From Promethearchaeota archaeon (GTDB taxonomy: Archaea > Asgardarchaeota > Lokiarchaeia > Sigyniarchaeales > SOKP01): a stretch of DNA of 16,247 nt. Under the pieces are notes generated by a model that saw only the letters and a program-made list of their open reading frames with translations, did no database searches and had not been told where the DNA came from. Position 1 is the stretch's first letter, and the number at the start of each line of letters is the position of its first letter. Made by a program: the position numbers and the translations under genes. The stretch is from positions 34,300-50,546 of the forward strand of contig JBHLMP010000028.1 in assembly GCA_048938025.1 (NCBI GenBank), in the 5' to 3' direction. Shown here in pieces: positions 15,998 to 16,247 of this stretch.

Positions 15998-16247
15998 TTA
16001 ATTAATTGAATTATAGATCTTAATAACATCTTTCTCAATACTTCTATATTTAGTTATCGTAAAAGCTATTAATACAATCAACAAAAAAAAGACATAAGTC
16101 GTTACTAGAAATTTTAAAATCCATAATAAATCAAAATAAATGTATAACAAATATCCAATGAAAAATACTGTTGTTATTAACATAGTATGACTAAAAGCAT
16201 TAATTAGATTGATAATTATCCCCTTAAATAATTTAGATCCTCCTTTT
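15998..16247 (-). CDS. C-terminal fragment of a membrane protein (5'-truncated by the window edge)
   Basis: The frame of the 61-aa track ORF stays open to the window end (KGGSKLFKGIIINLINAFSHT-MLITTVFF...), so the track's ATG is probably internal. It has two hydrophobic helices and a basic tail; the family cannot be determined. Confidence 0.65.
   Translation of the reverse strand, partial: KGGSKLFKGIIINLINAFSHTMLITTVFFIGYLLYIYFDLLWILKFLVTTYVFFLLIVLIAFTITKYRSIEKDVIKIYNSIN

Overview
This is a very AT-rich window, most likely from an Asgard archaeon (Lokiarchaeia-like). That assignment is inferred from gene content: a longin-small GTPase fusion, a roadblock-like protein, UPF0280, GGTG(A)-type ribosome-binding sites and oligo-T terminators. 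The left end (1-1755, minus strand) holds a eukaryotic-signature module that the ORF track only partly shows. It comprises a roadblock-like gene followed by a longin + Arf/Rab-like GTPase + TPR-like hairpin + Pro-rich repeat protein, which runs off the window and appears to need a non-canonical ATT start. UPF0280 lies divergently on the plus strand. The rest (2647-16247, all minus strand) is a cell-surface glycan locus with a complete phosphonate pathway: PEP mutase fused to a cytidylyltransferase-like domain, phosphonopyruvate decarboxylase and an Fe-ADH phosphonoacetaldehyde reductase, predicting 2-hydroxyethylphosphonate (HEP). The locus also has two further LicC/PntC-like cytidylyltransferases, a GlpT/PgtP-type organophosphate antiporter, a Thr-nucleophile sulfatase-fold enzyme, a GT4, an NDP-sugar epimerase and a GT-C-like membrane protein. 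The best reading is a system that makes, possibly salvages, activates and attaches a phosphonate to an archaeal surface glycan or lipid. All family calls come from motif recognition by eye; no searches were run.
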